Both the position numbers and the translations under genes were made by a program. A stretch of DNA of 64,000 nucleotides, from contig OZ024746.1 in assembly GCA_964016885.1 (NCBI GenBank), forward strand, positions 20,894,001 to 20,958,000. The letters run 5' to 3'. The stretch comes from Eledone cirrhosa (Eukaryota). Positions 45,450 through 61,300 of the stretch are shown here, piece by piece. The notes beneath the pieces were generated by a model, which was not told the DNA's origin, did no database searches, and saw nothing but the letters and a program-made list of their open reading frames with translations. Position 1 is the stretch's first letter. The number at the start of each line of letters is the position of its first letter.

Positions 45450-45929
45450 TATGTATATTTATATTTATATATTCAAACCTACTGCAGGATATCATGAGTA
45501 AAAGATATAGGAAGCATATATAAAATCATTCAAGATTTAATATTTTCTCGACAGCGCTGTTCCGCTGGAGAATGTGTCGGAGGTGGCGGATAACGTTACG
45601 GCCATCAGATAGGATGGTAAGTTATGATATAAGTGGCTTCCTGCCGGACGAATAAGCAGCTTCAGTCAAAACAGCGATATGCTATGAGGGGTAATGGTGC
45701 ATTGGATGAGACTGTTAGCTCTCAAGGAAACTCTCACTACCCAGTGATATATTTATGATGAGGCGAGTAAAGGTCACCTCTTTGTCTCTCTTACTATATA
45801 TATGTCATTTATTCTTATGCATATAATATATTCTTATGACATGTATATATCTATATATATATATATATGTACGATATATCATGTATGTATAAAATAATCC
45901 ACGAATTATTTTGGCTATTTTAACATTAT

Positions 45930-46768
45930 AATTGTTTCTACTTTTGTCACAAACCCAGCAATTATCCCAGTGTATTACTGGTACTTTATTGTATCGACCG
46001 CGTAAGGATGAAAGGCAAAGTTAACCTCGGCGGGATTTGAACTCAGACCATAAAGGGCCGTAACTCTTTGCTGCAAAGCATGGCGTCCGACCCTCTACCG
46101 ATACTGCCAATCCACCGCCCTATTTTAACATTATAATGGCACAAAAGGTGGCGAATTGGCAGAGTTATTAGAATGTCGGATATAGTGCTCTACGGTATTC
46201 GTTTCGGCTCTCTGAGTTCAAATCCAGCCGAGGTTAACTATGCCTTTCAGCCAGGTTGATAAAAAAGTACCAGTCAACTACTGGGGTCGATTCTTCATCT
46301 ATTTCTCTTTCTCACTTCTGTTATCTCAGGCTCTATCTTTCTCTGGAAGAAATCTGCTGTATTCAGACCTAGAGAGGATTGGGATCCACCACGTGTAAAA
46401 ATGCCCTAGAAAAGTTGTATGTCAATACGGTGCCCTTTCGACGTATATTTCTATCATTAGTATATGAGTATTTGTTCCAATGTCAGAGAAATGGAAAAAT
46501 GCGAAAATAAAAGTTTAAATTACTCGGCCAATATTTTCTGAAAGGACGCCTGTCGTTTCTGCTTTAGGTACAATGCAAACCATTTTCGGTGGGAAGAGAA
46601 AATCGGTCAAATCGACCCCAGTGCGTTACTGGTGTTTTATTTTATCGACCCGGTAAGGATGAAAGGTAAAGCTAACCTCGGTGGGATGTGAACTCAGAAC
46701 GTAAAGGGACGTAACTCTATACCTCAAAGCATATTGTCCGATGCTCTACCGATGCTGCCAATCCACCG
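45930..46768. mobile_element. Three SINE copies: 45930-46120 (-), 46147-46295 (+), 46556-46768 (-)
   Basis: SINE head and core motifs. A further copy lies at 41632-41810 (-). Confidence 0.85.
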
Positions 46769-47540
46769 TACTTGTGGTCGCAATAATACATTTCATGACA
46801 GACACCAGTGACTCAAACTGTACTACAGACAAAGCCAAATATATCGAAAGCAACAATAACGATAATGGTAATAACAAAACATGCATACGAAGATGATATA
46901 AAATAGAAATATGTAGGTGACATAATTTATTCAACTAATAGAGTCGTGTCGCCCTTACTAATGGAGAACTATTCAAAATACAAGGTCAAAACATCAATAC
47001 ATTTCTCATCTAACAATAAAATATTACACTTTGATCTCAGTCGATAAACCAAGACCATTAGTTCGTAAACATAATAGTGTATTCCGCCCACTGAAAATCA
47101 TTTTACACGACTGTATAGGCTGCTGGACCATAAAAATGACAGCTTTTTAAGCATGGTATTTTCACTGGTATGAATATTCTATTTATAATGTTATTTCCAA
47201 AACATTTAGCTATTGTTTGGTTTCTGTTTAACTAACACATCGAAGCAATTCAGAAGTAAAATGGAAAGCCTGAACGGAAAAGCGAAATAAAATATGTTTA
47301 TGTTTTTACACAGCTAAGTCCTTCATATTGTGTTTATATACTGCTATAAGAACATATAATCTATATAATTTTACTTGTGTATCAATAAATTCAATAACAG
47401 AAACTGACATGCTGACAACCCAACATAGCTGCAGCCCATGGGCTGGGACACGTAAAATAGTAACATGAAAATATGTCCGAAAATTCAGGGAACTCACGGT
47501 TATTCATACCCGCTCTCCCATATATATTATATATAAATAA

Positions 47541-48214
<674 letters not shown>

Positions 48215-49172
48215 GAATAAGAATACTTTCGAAAGTCAGATGTAGAATTGGACAATAGATCTATTTACCAGCTTGGAATCAGAATTGAACCGTCGTCTTT
48301 CTTAAGATACATCTCAGAAACCTGTCAGAAACTTGTCCCTTCCAAGTCGTCCAATGATATTAACGAAAATAGTTACATATTAATATGTAATTGGCATAAT
48401 GTCAGATAGTTGACGAACGAGGCGACATTGGTTATCAGAATACCAATACTGTATATATGAATGATTTGATGTTGTTCTTCATTTGAAATTTAACCTGTAG
48501 TACTTGCTACACAACCTTAAATGTCACGGTGTAAATTAGAAATGGCTGAGGAAACCTCATCAATAAAAGTAATTTTCCCCAGGAATAAATACCTGAACAT
48601 GTCTAATCTCAGATTATCGATTTGATTTTCTTTTGAAGCAACTAAACGTTGGTTGAGTTAATTAGGAAACTAGCTTTGAAGTCCTATAAATTGACGGAAA
48701 CAAAATAAATTAAAGATATCATTGCAGTTCTTTATCTTCCTGCGGTAGGCATTTCATTCGAAACCTGGAACAGATTATATATTCAACTAGTAATCTCTCA
48801 TTAGGAGAATGGCTAAATTAACTTGATGGGTATTACAAGAATTTATATTCGAATTACCAAATAAATCTGTATTAATTGTCTTTTAAATTAACGCCGTGGC
48901 AAATTTTAATGAGAAATGTTGAAGTCGATTAAATTGATACAAATATATTATCAGTATAATGTTATATTAACGCAGTTTATTTACTATATACTTTGTATAT
49001 ATATATACAACTTTATGGAACTTACTTCCGCTGATTTTTTAATTCAATTTTACTTCATACTTTATTCTTATTTACTTGAATACTATTTAGATGCATTTTA
49101 AAAAAAATCTCTTTGTGACAAAGGAGTATGTTGCCAACCAGCGTAATATGAAGCTGAGGAATGGAAGAAATA

Positions 49173-49304
<132 letters not shown>

Positions 49305-49756
49305 ACACACACATTCACACGCACACACACACACACATACATACATACACACACACATATTCATATACATAAATCCATCTTGGTTGGTTTTAAATCTTAA
49401 ATTGTTTATTCTAAATAAAGTTTAAAAGTATTTACTTTAGTTTATTTCTATCCGATGTTTAAATCAAATATATGTACCAGCTCACGCACCCAGCACCCCT
49501 CTGTAACTGCAATCCTTACCATGTATCACTTCTTACAACCATTTCCCTTTGAAGTGAAAGTCTCCAGAAAATCTGTCCCTGTACATAACCACATATTCAA
49601 GTTCAAAACCTCATACAACTGAAGAATAGATAAGAAATCATCCGCTATAGAAATGATAAAAGCTTAAACGTAAGGCAGAAAACCCTTATAATATTTAAAC
49701 TCTACTTTTCGAAACTATAGAGTACATACATATATTCATATATAATAATGATAATA

Positions 49757-50136
49757 GTTGTTTCTACGTTAGGCACAAGGCCAGCAATTAGCCAGTACAT
49801 TACTGGTACTTTATTTTATCGACCCCGTAAGGATAAAAGGCAAAGTTAACCTCGACGAAATTTGAACTCAGATCATAAAGGGCCGTAACTCTTTGCTACA
49901 AAGCATGGCGTCAGACCTTCTACCGATACTGCCAATCTACCGCCCAGTAATAGAAATAATAATTGTTTCTACTTTAGGCACAAGGCCAGCAAATACCCAG
50001 TGCATTACTGGTACTTTATTTTATCGACCCCGTAAGGATGAAAGGCAAAGTCAACCTCGGCGGGATTTGAACTCAGATCGTAAAGGGACGTAACTATGCT
50101 GGAAAGCATGGCGTCCGACCCTCTACCGATACTGCA
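49757..50136 (-). mobile_element. Two tandem SINE copies
   Basis: SINE head and core occur twice. Confidence 0.85.
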
Positions 50137-50160
50137 ATACATCATCATTATGTTTATTCA

Positions 50161-51101
<941 letters not shown>

Positions 51102-51130
51102 TGGTCGGGTCGTTGGTCGTCGGATATGGT

Positions 51131-51795
51131 CGTCTCATGGTCGGGTCGTTGGCGACTAAACTTGCAACCCCACCAAGGTTTCTTGGTGAGGTGGGTGACT
51201 TTGGATATCCTGCAGGACTAAAAACAAAACCTGTGAAAGGGCAAAGGAGCTCTTGAGAGTTAATGGCCATCCAAAATCACCGGGAGAGATGGCCCCTTAG
51301 CCTTTGTCAAGGCAGAATTCTAGGAGAAGGAAAACTCTGATATAACACCTGCAACCCTGATGGTATCCAATGATGTTGACTTGTTCTTCTTTTTGGTAAA
51401 TATCATCTTGGTTAAGAGAGTGGGACTGGCTTTGTGCAGTGCCTTTGCTCACTATTAAAGCTTCACGGCACAGGCATTGCTTTATATCTGGAGATCTCTC
51501 TGCACTTGTCGTTACATGGTACCATGGGCCCAGCATTATGTGTCAATAATTGTCACAAGTATAGTGTTTGTACCAGAGTTTTCAAGTCGCTGGCTGGACT
51601 AAAAAGTCACACTCGTTCAGCGCATCGGTAGGAGTTCTCCTACATGGATATAAAGTAGTGGCCGTACTCAAAAACGAGTTGGATGCCACCATGTATGTAT
51701 GTATGTATGTATGTATGTATGTATGTATGTATGTATGTATGTATGTATGTATGTATGTATGTATGTATGTATGTATGTATGTATGTATGTATGTA
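51131..51795 (+). mobile_element. Non-autonomous RTE-like retroelement with (ATGT)n tail
   Basis: Copy of 3111-3640. Remnant [20 protein letters not shown] resembles the RTE C-terminal C2H2-like motif. Confidence 0.65.
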
Positions 51796-51972
51796 TACTT
51801 TATATACTCTTTTTAATGCCTCTTGTTGCTGATTCTTATTCATATTTATATGATCATGCTTTTCATGTGCTTATTTGCTCTCTTAAATCTATGTTAACAT
51901 CGATTATTTTAGCTTTCTTCCCATATATGGTAGTTCTTTAACAAAGTTACCTGTGTTCTAACTTTTGATTTA

Positions 51973-52019
51973 TACTCCGATGAAAACGGCCTTGTGCTAC
52001 GATGAAACGATCGTTAGTA
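51973..52019 (+). ncRNA. Decayed hammerhead ribozyme
   Basis: tact-CCGATGA-[weak stem II]-GAAA-cgatcg-TT^agta. Confidence 0.45.
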
Positions 52020-52040
52020 ATTAAATGTTATTAAACAGTA

Positions 52041-53142
52041 CTAGCATTAAAGCCCAGCGTTGCTCGGGGTCAGTAAGTTACCAAAGTTAGGTTGCACAAC
52101 CCATTTTATGGCAGCACTTTTTTGTCTGCCAGGCACTGTATGAATGATTTGCAGACATGGACTGCCGAAGCAGGAGCTGCGCCAGCAGTGACAATTGTAG
52201 TTTCGCCTATAGATATTATCTCTGTGCAAAGAAGTGTTAAAATTTATTGTTTCACAGTACTTGCGCAACACGCACGTAGGCGATGCCAGCCGAACACAGA
52301 GCTGCGATGGAGTTGTGATATGGGGGAGAGTTAGCTTCTGTTTCTAAGAGGTTTAGTGACCTCATAGAGGATATGTTTTCTAAATTTAAGACAGTAGGGA
52401 GGGGTGTGATATGGGGGAGAGTTAGCTGTTGTTTCTAGCAGGTTTAGTGACTTCATAGAGGATATGTTTTCTAAATTTAAGACAGTAGGGAGTGGTGTTA
52501 TATAGGGGAGAGTTAGCTGCTGTTTCTAGCAGGTTTAGTGACCTCATAGAGGATATTATTGTGTATAGTAAATGAACTGATACTTCTTTCTTCCACGTTC
52601 GTTGAGAGATGTTTTAAAAAAGATTTATCGCTATTTTCTTTTGTTGTTGAATAAATTTATCTGTTGCTTTTAAATAATTGTTGTTTCGTATGAAATGTAA
52701 TAAGTTCTATTTTCATTGAAGTAAATAAATGTTTGACCGTTCCACACTCAAAAACAAAGTTCTCTCTCTCTCTATCCCTCTCACTCTCTTCTTTCTCTCT
52801 TCTTTCTTCGGCGTTCCTAAAGGAAGTTTGTAAGTTTAAGCGTATATAAGAGAAAGTTGCAGCATGCATGTAGTTTTATCGAATTTTAAGGGGAGTAGAG
52901 AGAGGTTCTCAGATTGTATTAGAGGGGTAAAGCGTCATGTATTTAGTTTTATCGATTATTTCCGTAATTGTGGGTGAGTTTGAATGAAATGAATAGTCAT
53001 TGACCTATGTTAAACCATTTACAACATTCTTACAGACTTTGAGTCGAATCGGTTTAAAATTGTGCAAATGTATAAACATGGAACATGCGCGCGCACACAC
53101 ACACACACACAACAACAACAATCTGCCTTTTATAGATAATGA
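52041..53142 (-). mobile_element. Non-autonomous Helitron
   Basis: Minus strand reads A|TC...hairpin cccgagcaacgctggg...CTAG|T. Internal ~92-bp tandem repeats (~52310-52555) and (CA)n near the 5' end. Confidence 0.75.
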
Positions 53143-53222
53143 TTCCGGCTCTGTATTATATTTGTTATTTTACATCGAGCTACTCTCATACTGGTAATTG
53201 GATAATAGTTATATTACCCATG

Positions 53223-53305
<83 letters not shown>

Positions 53306-53338
53306 CATATATATATATATATACATACATATATATAT

Positions 53339-53429
<91 letters not shown>

Positions 53430-53438
53430 CACATATAT

Positions 53439-53485
<47 letters not shown>

Positions 53486-53612
53486 CATATATATATATAC
53501 ATATATATACATATATATACATATATATATATATACACATATATACACACATATATATATATACATATATATATATAGACACATATATACACATACATAT
53601 ATATATATATAC

Positions 53613-53694
<82 letters not shown>

Positions 53695-53730
53695 ATATAT
53701 ACATATACATATATATATATATACATATAC

Positions 53731-53763
<33 letters not shown>

Positions 53764-53775
53764 CATTATATATAC

Positions 53776-54273
53776 ATATTGTTATACTTTGGGAGGGTCA
53801 TGTTGCCAATAAGAAACACACGCACCAGTTGCTTTCACTTCAGTTTATTATATATTTATAAATTCACAAATTTATAAATTTATAAATTTCTGGTTGGTTG
53901 GTTGGTTCCACAACCAGATAGTTCTTTATATATAGTCATAGTTTGTGAACACACACAGAAACAAAATGGCGTAGGACAGAACAAAGGAGAGGCACAGAAA
54001 CAAAGAAAGGAATCCCCAGTCACTGAAGAGGTCACAGAGTGTGTGACGAAAGGACTATGACTATATATAAAGAACTATCTGGTTGTGGAACCAACCAACC
54101 AGAAATTTATAAATTTATAAATTTGTGAATTTATAAATATATAATAAACTGAAGTGAAAGCAACTGGTGCGTGTGTTTCTTATTGGCAACATGACCCTTC
54201 CAAAGTATAACAATATCGGTTTCAACACACGATTTCAGATAAAGAATCTTGCTAAACAAATTCAGAAACGAAA
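53776..54273. mobile_element. Family-A fold-back element: arms 53776-53942 / 54054-54216, ~57-bp tail
   Basis: Near-perfect inverted repeat whose spacer holds the hammerhead; (TA)n-type tracts on both sides. Confidence 0.85.
54018..54062 (+). ncRNA. Minimal type I hammerhead ribozyme (family A)
   Basis: agtca-CTGAAGA-g-gtcaca(gagtg)tgtgac-GAAA-ggac-TA^tgact. Confidence 0.72.
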
Positions 54274-54284
54274 TATATATATAC

Positions 54285-54339
<55 letters not shown>

Positions 54340-54370
54340 TATACATACACAAATATATATATATATATAC

Positions 54371-54412
<42 letters not shown>

Positions 54413-55012
54413 ATATTATTCTTAATTTCAAATAATCTCCATATGATATTTGTACACCCTGGAATAGATATTCACAAACCATTAGATTTGTGTTGCTAAT
54501 TGTAATGAACATTTAATTCAATTGCTCTTTAAATATACCATTTTAGCTACATCACTATTGGAGGAAGAAAGACAGAGCTGTTTCAACGTCTAATCTAATA
54601 CATTTCTTAATGGATTAAGAAGCTTTACGTGTACATTTATGGCGCGTAGTTGATACAGTAATAATGCTAATTTTCGAGAACTTGGGTGTACTACACTGGA
54701 CAAAATACTCGTAAAGACGTATAATTTGTGTTTAGGGAAAAGACAAGGATATTTACTATATATTGCATGTTAACATATAATGGAATTATTAATGGATTGA
54801 TGAGAGGAAAGTTGTTCCAATTCATCATTATTCGGGTAAATTAAGTTGGAATGTGAGGTTTGTTATTGGACATTAGATAACTACAAGCCAGTTCAACTGA
54901 AATGAAAGAACGGAAAATTCAAGATACGTAGATGGATACCTAAATTTATACGATGTGTATTCAATAAATATAGGTATTTAGGTAGTAATAGTCTTGTATA
55001 AATATATACACA

Positions 55013-55206
55013 CACACACGTACACAAACACACAAATACGCATGCGCATATACACACGCCACCCACACACATATGTATGTGTGAAACATGTATATAAGCG
55101 TGAAACTATTAAGACTGTGTTTTTACGTCTCTGTGTTCGTCTCGTCTACTCTTGGACTATACACAGACAGACAGGCAAACAGACAGACACACAGACACAC
55201 ACAAAG

Positions 55207-55251
<45 letters not shown>

Positions 55252-55493
55252 CATGTATGTGTTGTGTGTGTGTTTTTGTGTGTACATACACTTCTTGGCA
55301 CACACACGTACACAAACACACAAATACGCATGCGCATATACACACGCCACCTACACACATATGTATGTGTGAAACATGTATATAAGCGTGAAACTATTAA
55401 GACTGTGTTTTTACGTCTCTGTGTTCGTCTCGTCTACTCTTGGACTATACACAGACAGACAGACAAACAGACAGACACACAGACACACACAAA

Positions 55494-55533
<40 letters not shown>

Positions 55534-55534
55534 G

Positions 55535-55588
<54 letters not shown>

Positions 55589-55629
55589 GTTGTGTGTGTG
55601 TTTTTGTGTGTACATACTTACTTCTTGGC
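55013..55629. repeat. Tandem duplication, ~290-330-bp unit x2
   Basis: gtacacaaacacacaaatacgcatgcg...cttcttggc is repeated; the units differ mainly in microsatellite length. Confidence 0.85.
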
Positions 55630-55948
55630 GTCAACAAGATCATGCCAAGCTTAGAGCTGGAGGCTATTCAGTTTTTGATGAGTATAACACGCTGCTTTTA
55701 AGTAACTGCCTATACTTCTGATCATGTTTATTAAAGAAACAGTTTATTCAAGATCGTTGTGATTTATATTTCAAATGGTAATTCACCTTTGAAATTAGTT
55801 ACCAACTCAATAATGATTCATATAGTTGCTAGAAAATTGAAGAAATGTCATTTACATTTCAATATTGTGAGAATGAAAATATACTGGAATTAATTTTATT
55901 CTGAAAGTATTTTACCTTCACCGTGTAACAATTACAGCAAGAAATAAC

Positions 55949-56133
55949 TGTTTCTACTTTAGGCACAAGGCCAGCAATTACCCAGTGCATTACTGGTACT
56001 TTTATTTTATCGACCCCGTAAGGATGAAAGGCAAAGTCAACCTCGGCGGGATTTGAACTCAGATCGTAAAGGGACGTAGCTATGCTCGAAAGCATGGCGT
56101 CCGACCCTCTACCGATACTGCCAATCCACCGCC
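55949..56133 (-). mobile_element. Full-length SINE
   Basis: Head, core and tail present. Diverged copies nearby at ~56215-56310 and 56400-56575. Confidence 0.88.
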
Positions 56134-57706
56134 ATTACAGCAAGAAATAACATTCGTTGAACATTAGAGGAACGTTCCTGATAGTCATTTTATTATTAAA
56201 AGTGAGAATATTTCATCCCCTCGGCGTCGATAAAATATAGTACCAGTAACGCACTGGGGCCAATTTAATCAACTTTCTCCTTCTCCAAAATGTGTTGGCT
56301 TTGTGTCTTATTAAAAATGAGAATAATACAGCATAACAGTACGTGTACAACATATTTCGGAAATGCTGTCAAGATATTATTTTTTATTTATGAGGAGGAC
56401 GGTAGAGCGTCGGGCAACATGCTCTGTTACGCCCCTTTATGTTCTGAGTTCAAATTCCAGCGAAGTTAGCTTGCATTTCATCCTTTCAGGATCCATAAAA
56501 TAAATTACTAGTAATATACTTGGATCGATTTAATCGACTTTACTCTACCCCGAAAATTGTGCCTAAATCAGGAACCTTTATATACGTATGAGACATGATG
56601 TAGTAGTGAAAACATTACAGCATATGCTTCCTAAACACAGCAACTGATATAACAATCGATATAGACTGCATAATTACTCATAATCAATCCAATCCAGGGC
56701 CTTCTCACTCATGGTTGACCTCTATCGCTTTCTGTTTTGCTTTTGTCAGGAGTGAAGCTGTATTCACCATGCTTGGTCAATTGCGGGTTCGTGGGGATAT
56801 TTGACCAATAGTGTGGGAGGATGGTCGTTGACTCTGAGGAGTTCATCCGCCCTTTTAACAGTTCTTGTTTTTTGTTGCTGGGGTTCAACTAACACTCCTC
56901 ATCAGAACAGGGTCTGGTGGTGGAGCCAGTTTAGTCGCCGACCACTCGACTATGAAGCAGGTTAAACTAGGATTATATGGTACAAGTAGCAAGCAGAAGC
57001 CTGACTAATCGTAACATGAAATGATAATTGTGAACTGCAGATAATGTATTATGCCCTTCCAAGGAGAAGAGAAGAGAAGCAGTGTTCTGTTATACAACTT
57101 TGTCGTCCAGCTGGTGTTACCATATCACTAGCGATAAAAGAGGAATAAAAATCGATACACTGGGATTACTGGAAGAGAAGCATTATTTAGTGGAACATTC
57201 AGACAATATAGCATAAATATCATTCCTATTGCGTGTACTTCGATGAATGAAAAACGTAGTTGATACATTTCAATTATTTTTCTCTTGAATCATGCAAAGC
57301 AATACGGTATTTGTGTTGTTGGAAGGAATTTATTAGTTGCTGGTTATTAGCTTTCTGTTATTGAGTTGAATTAAACTAATAAATTCCATTTCAAATACGA
57401 TCAGTCAGATGTCTGTTTCGTAGAATGACTATTACAGAAACGGTCCTCTATATATTGAAACTAATAATAAGTGCAGATAGTAATAAATATTATAGGTCAT
57501 CCGTGGACGAAACTGGTTAATCGTGTATTGCAATAACATATGAAAATAAAAATATACTTTCAAGATGTAATATTACATTGTGAGGAAGATGTCAACAAAT
57601 GGGATTTGTAAATTAATATCATATTTCTATTAAGACTCATATTCTAACATATGTACTTGCTTTAGCAAAAATACACTACATCAATCTATCTATTTATCTT
57701 GCCCCC

Positions 57707-57790
<84 letters not shown>

Positions 57791-57797
57791 AATATAT

Positions 57798-57985
57798 AAC
57801 GAAGGAAATGTGGTAAGGAACCAGGTGGACCATAACGCACCAAAGTACTCAATACTTAGGGTAGTAGAGTGGGTAATAGGAACGAGTAGGACCCCGACGG
57901 CTGAGCTCAAGCCGTTTCGACGGCTAATCAGAATTACCCGTCGAAACGGCTTGAGCTCAGCCGTCGGGGTCCTACTCGTTCCTAT
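57798..57985. mobile_element. Fold-back element: 48-bp perfect arms (57876-57923 / 57938-57985), each with a hammerhead 3' half; ~79-bp tail
   Basis: GAAA-cggct(tgagctc)agccg-TC^ggggt in each arm, (TA)n on both sides. Same family at ~43731-43815. Confidence 0.7.
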
Positions 57986-57994
57986 AAATATATA

Positions 57995-58116
57995 TATATA
58001 TATATAATCATTATCGACTCCTCTTCGAATGTCTTTCAATTATTATTACTATATATATATAGTAATAATAATTGAAAGACATTCGAAGAGGACTCGATAA
58101 TGATTATATATATATA
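57995..58116. repeat. Palindrome centred on a short (AT)n run at 58055/58056
   Basis: ~45-bp unique arms with one mismatch. Confidence 0.85.
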
Positions 58117-58117
58117 A

Positions 58118-58310
58118 GGGCGGTGGATTGGCAGTATCGGTAGAGGGTCTGACGCCATGCTTTCCGGCATAGTTACGTCCCTTTACGGTCTGAGTTCAAA
58201 TCCCGCCGAGGTCGACTTTGCCTTTCATCCTTACGGGGTCGATAAAATAAAGTACCAGTAATGCACTGGGTAATTGCTGGCCTTGTGTCTAAAGTAGAAA
58301 CAATTATTAC
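58118..58310 (+). mobile_element. Full-length tRNA-derived SINE (reference copy; ~30 copies in the window)
   Basis: A box TGGCAGTATCGG and B box GAGTTCAAATC. Central gactttgcctttcatccttacggggtcgataaaataaagtaccag resembles, from memory, the Nin/Deu-type SINE domain. ATT-rich tail. Confidence 0.88.
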
Positions 58311-61300
58311 TATATATATATATGTATATATATATGTATATATATATGTATATATATATGTATATATATATGTATATATATATGTATATATATATATACA
58401 TACCATATTTTATTGGAAGCCGAAAACTTCATAAACTGGTTCTCATAATTTCATGTTCCTTGTCTTTAGATGAAGATAAATGAGAAAAAAATTCGAAAGA
58501 TATTAAAAGACAACCATATGCAATGATCAATAAGACTATCAAACATTGTTAGTGGTGATGCCTGGTTAGAGAGTACAGTGTTTTGATAGAAAGGCTCCTC
58601 TTAGATAAATCGAATGCACCGTCAATGATAATGCAAGTATTTCGAAGTGGTTAAATAAATAAACAGACAAATAAATGAATACATATGTTGATAAGAGCAA
58701 AGATAGGAAAGATATGGGGCAGAGAAGAAGAAGAAGAAGAAGAAGAAGAAGAAGAAGAAGAAGAAGAACTTTATTTTATCCACCTTGAAATGAGGAAAGG
58801 CAAAGCTAACTTCGGCGGGATTTGAACTCAGAACGTAAAGGGATGTAACTATATGCCGCAAAGTATGTTGTTAGGCGATATGCCGATACTATCAATATAA
58901 TATATATAATATAATATAATATAATATATTATAATATAATATAATATAATTGTTTCTACTTTAGGCACAAGTCCAGCAATTACCCAGTGCATTACTGGTA
59001 CATTATTTTATCGACCCCGTAAGGATGAAAGGCAAAGTCAACCTCGGCAGGATTTGAACTCAGATCGTAAAGGGACGTAACTATTCTGGCGTCCGACCCT
59101 CTACCGATACTGCCAATCCAGCGTAATAATACTATAATATAATTGTTTCTACTTTTGGCACAAGGCAAATAAAGTACCAGTAATACACTGGTATTACTGG
59201 TACTTTATTTTATCGACCCCATAAGGAAGAAAGGCAAAGTTAACCTCAGCGGGATTTGAACTCAGAATGGCAAGGGCCATAACTCTATGCGTCAAAGGTT
59301 GGCGTCCGACCCTCTACCGATACTGCCAATCCACCACCCTGATAATATAATATAATATAATATAATATAATATAATATAATATAATATAATATAATATAA
59401 TATAATATAATATAATATAATATAATATAATATATGTATGTAGGTATACATGTGCATTGAATATGTATGCATTGTAATGCTTATATATTCAATAGGAATG
59501 CCGATGTGTATATCTTAATTCGACTAAAAAGAGTCGAATCTAAGAGTCGAATCTATCTGTCTAGCTGACTTAGATTCATCATGAGCAATATTTACTTCTG
59601 TCATTATATTTATCTTTGGTGGATTGGCAGTATCGGTAGAGGGTCAGACGCCATACTTTCTAGCATAGTTACGTCCCTTTACGGTCTGAGTTCAAATCCC
59701 GCCGAGGTCGACTTTGCCTTTCATCCTTACGGGGTCGATAAAATAAAGTACCAGTAATGCACTGGGTAATTGCTGGCCTTGTGTCTAAAGTAGAAACAAT
59801 TATTACTATATATATATATGTATATATATATGTATATATATATGTATATATATATGTATATATATATGTATATATATATGTATATATATATATACATACC
59901 ATATTTTATTGGAAGCCGAAAACTTCATAAACTGGTTCTCATAATTTCATGTTCCTTGTCTTTAGATGAAGATAAATGAGAAAAAAATTCGAAAGATATT
60001 AAAAGACAACCATATGCAATGATCAATAAGACTATCAAACATTGTTAGTGGTGATGCCTGGTTAGAGAGTACAGTGTTTTGATAGAAAGGCTCCTCTTAG
60101 ATAAATCGAATGCACCGTCAATGATAATGCAAGTATTTCGAAGTGGTTAAATAAATAAACAGACAAATAAATGAATACATATGTTGATAAGAGCAAAGAT
60201 AGGAAAGATATGGGGCAGAGAAGAAGAAGAAGAAGAAGAAGAAGAAGAAGAAGAAGAAGAAGAAGAACTTTATTTTATCCACCTTGAAATGAGGAAAGGC
60301 AAAGCTAACTTCGGCGGGATTTGAACTCAGAACATAAAGGGATGTAACTATATACCGCAAAGTATGTTGTTAGGCGATATGCCGATACTATCAATATAAT
60401 ATATATAATATAATATAATATAATATATTATAATATAATATAATATAATTGTTTCTACTTTAGGCACAAGTCCAGCAATTACCCAGTGCATTACTGGTAC
60501 ATTATTTTATCGACCCCGTAAGGTTGAAAGGCAAAGTCAACCTCGGCAGGATTTGAACTCAGATCGTAAAGGGACGTAACTATGCTGGCGTCCGACCCTC
60601 TACCGATACTGCCAATCCAGCGTAATAATACTATAATATAATTGTTTCTACTTTTGGCACAAGGCAAATAAAGTACCAGTAATACACTGGTATTACTGGT
60701 ACTTTATTTTATCGACCCCATAAGGAAGAAAGGCAAAGTTAACCTCAGCGGGATTTGAACTCAGAATGGCAAGGGCCATAACTCTATGCGTCAAAGGTTG
60801 GCGTCCGACCCTCTACCGATACTGCCAATCCACCACCCTGATAATATAATATAATATAATATAATATAATATAATATAATATAATATAATATAATATAAT
60901 ATAATATAATATAATATAATATAATATAATATAATATAATATAATATAATATAATATAATATAATATAATATATGATATGTATGTAGGTATACATGTGCA
61001 TTGAATATGTATGCATTGTAATGCTTATATATTCAATAGGAATGCCGATGTGTATATCTTAATTCGACTAAAAAGAGTCGAATCTAAGAGTCGAATCTAT
61101 CTGTCCAGCTGACTTAGATTCATCATGAGCAATATTTACTTCTGTCATTATATTTATCTTTGGTGGATTGGCAGTATCGGTAGAGGGTCAGACGCCATAC
61201 TTTCTAGCATAGTTATGTCCCTTTATGATTTGAGTTCAAATCCCGCCGAGGTTAACTTTGCCTTTCATCCTTACGGGGTCGATAAAATAAAGTACCAGTA

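Noticed and set aside
53139-53861. Long YI/HT/CV/SL/poly-E/R/K ORFs throughout the track
   Set aside because: They are translations of stop-free microsatellites with no coding signal.
58118-58215. tRNA gene
   Set aside because: A and B boxes are present but there is no cloverleaf; it is the SINE head.
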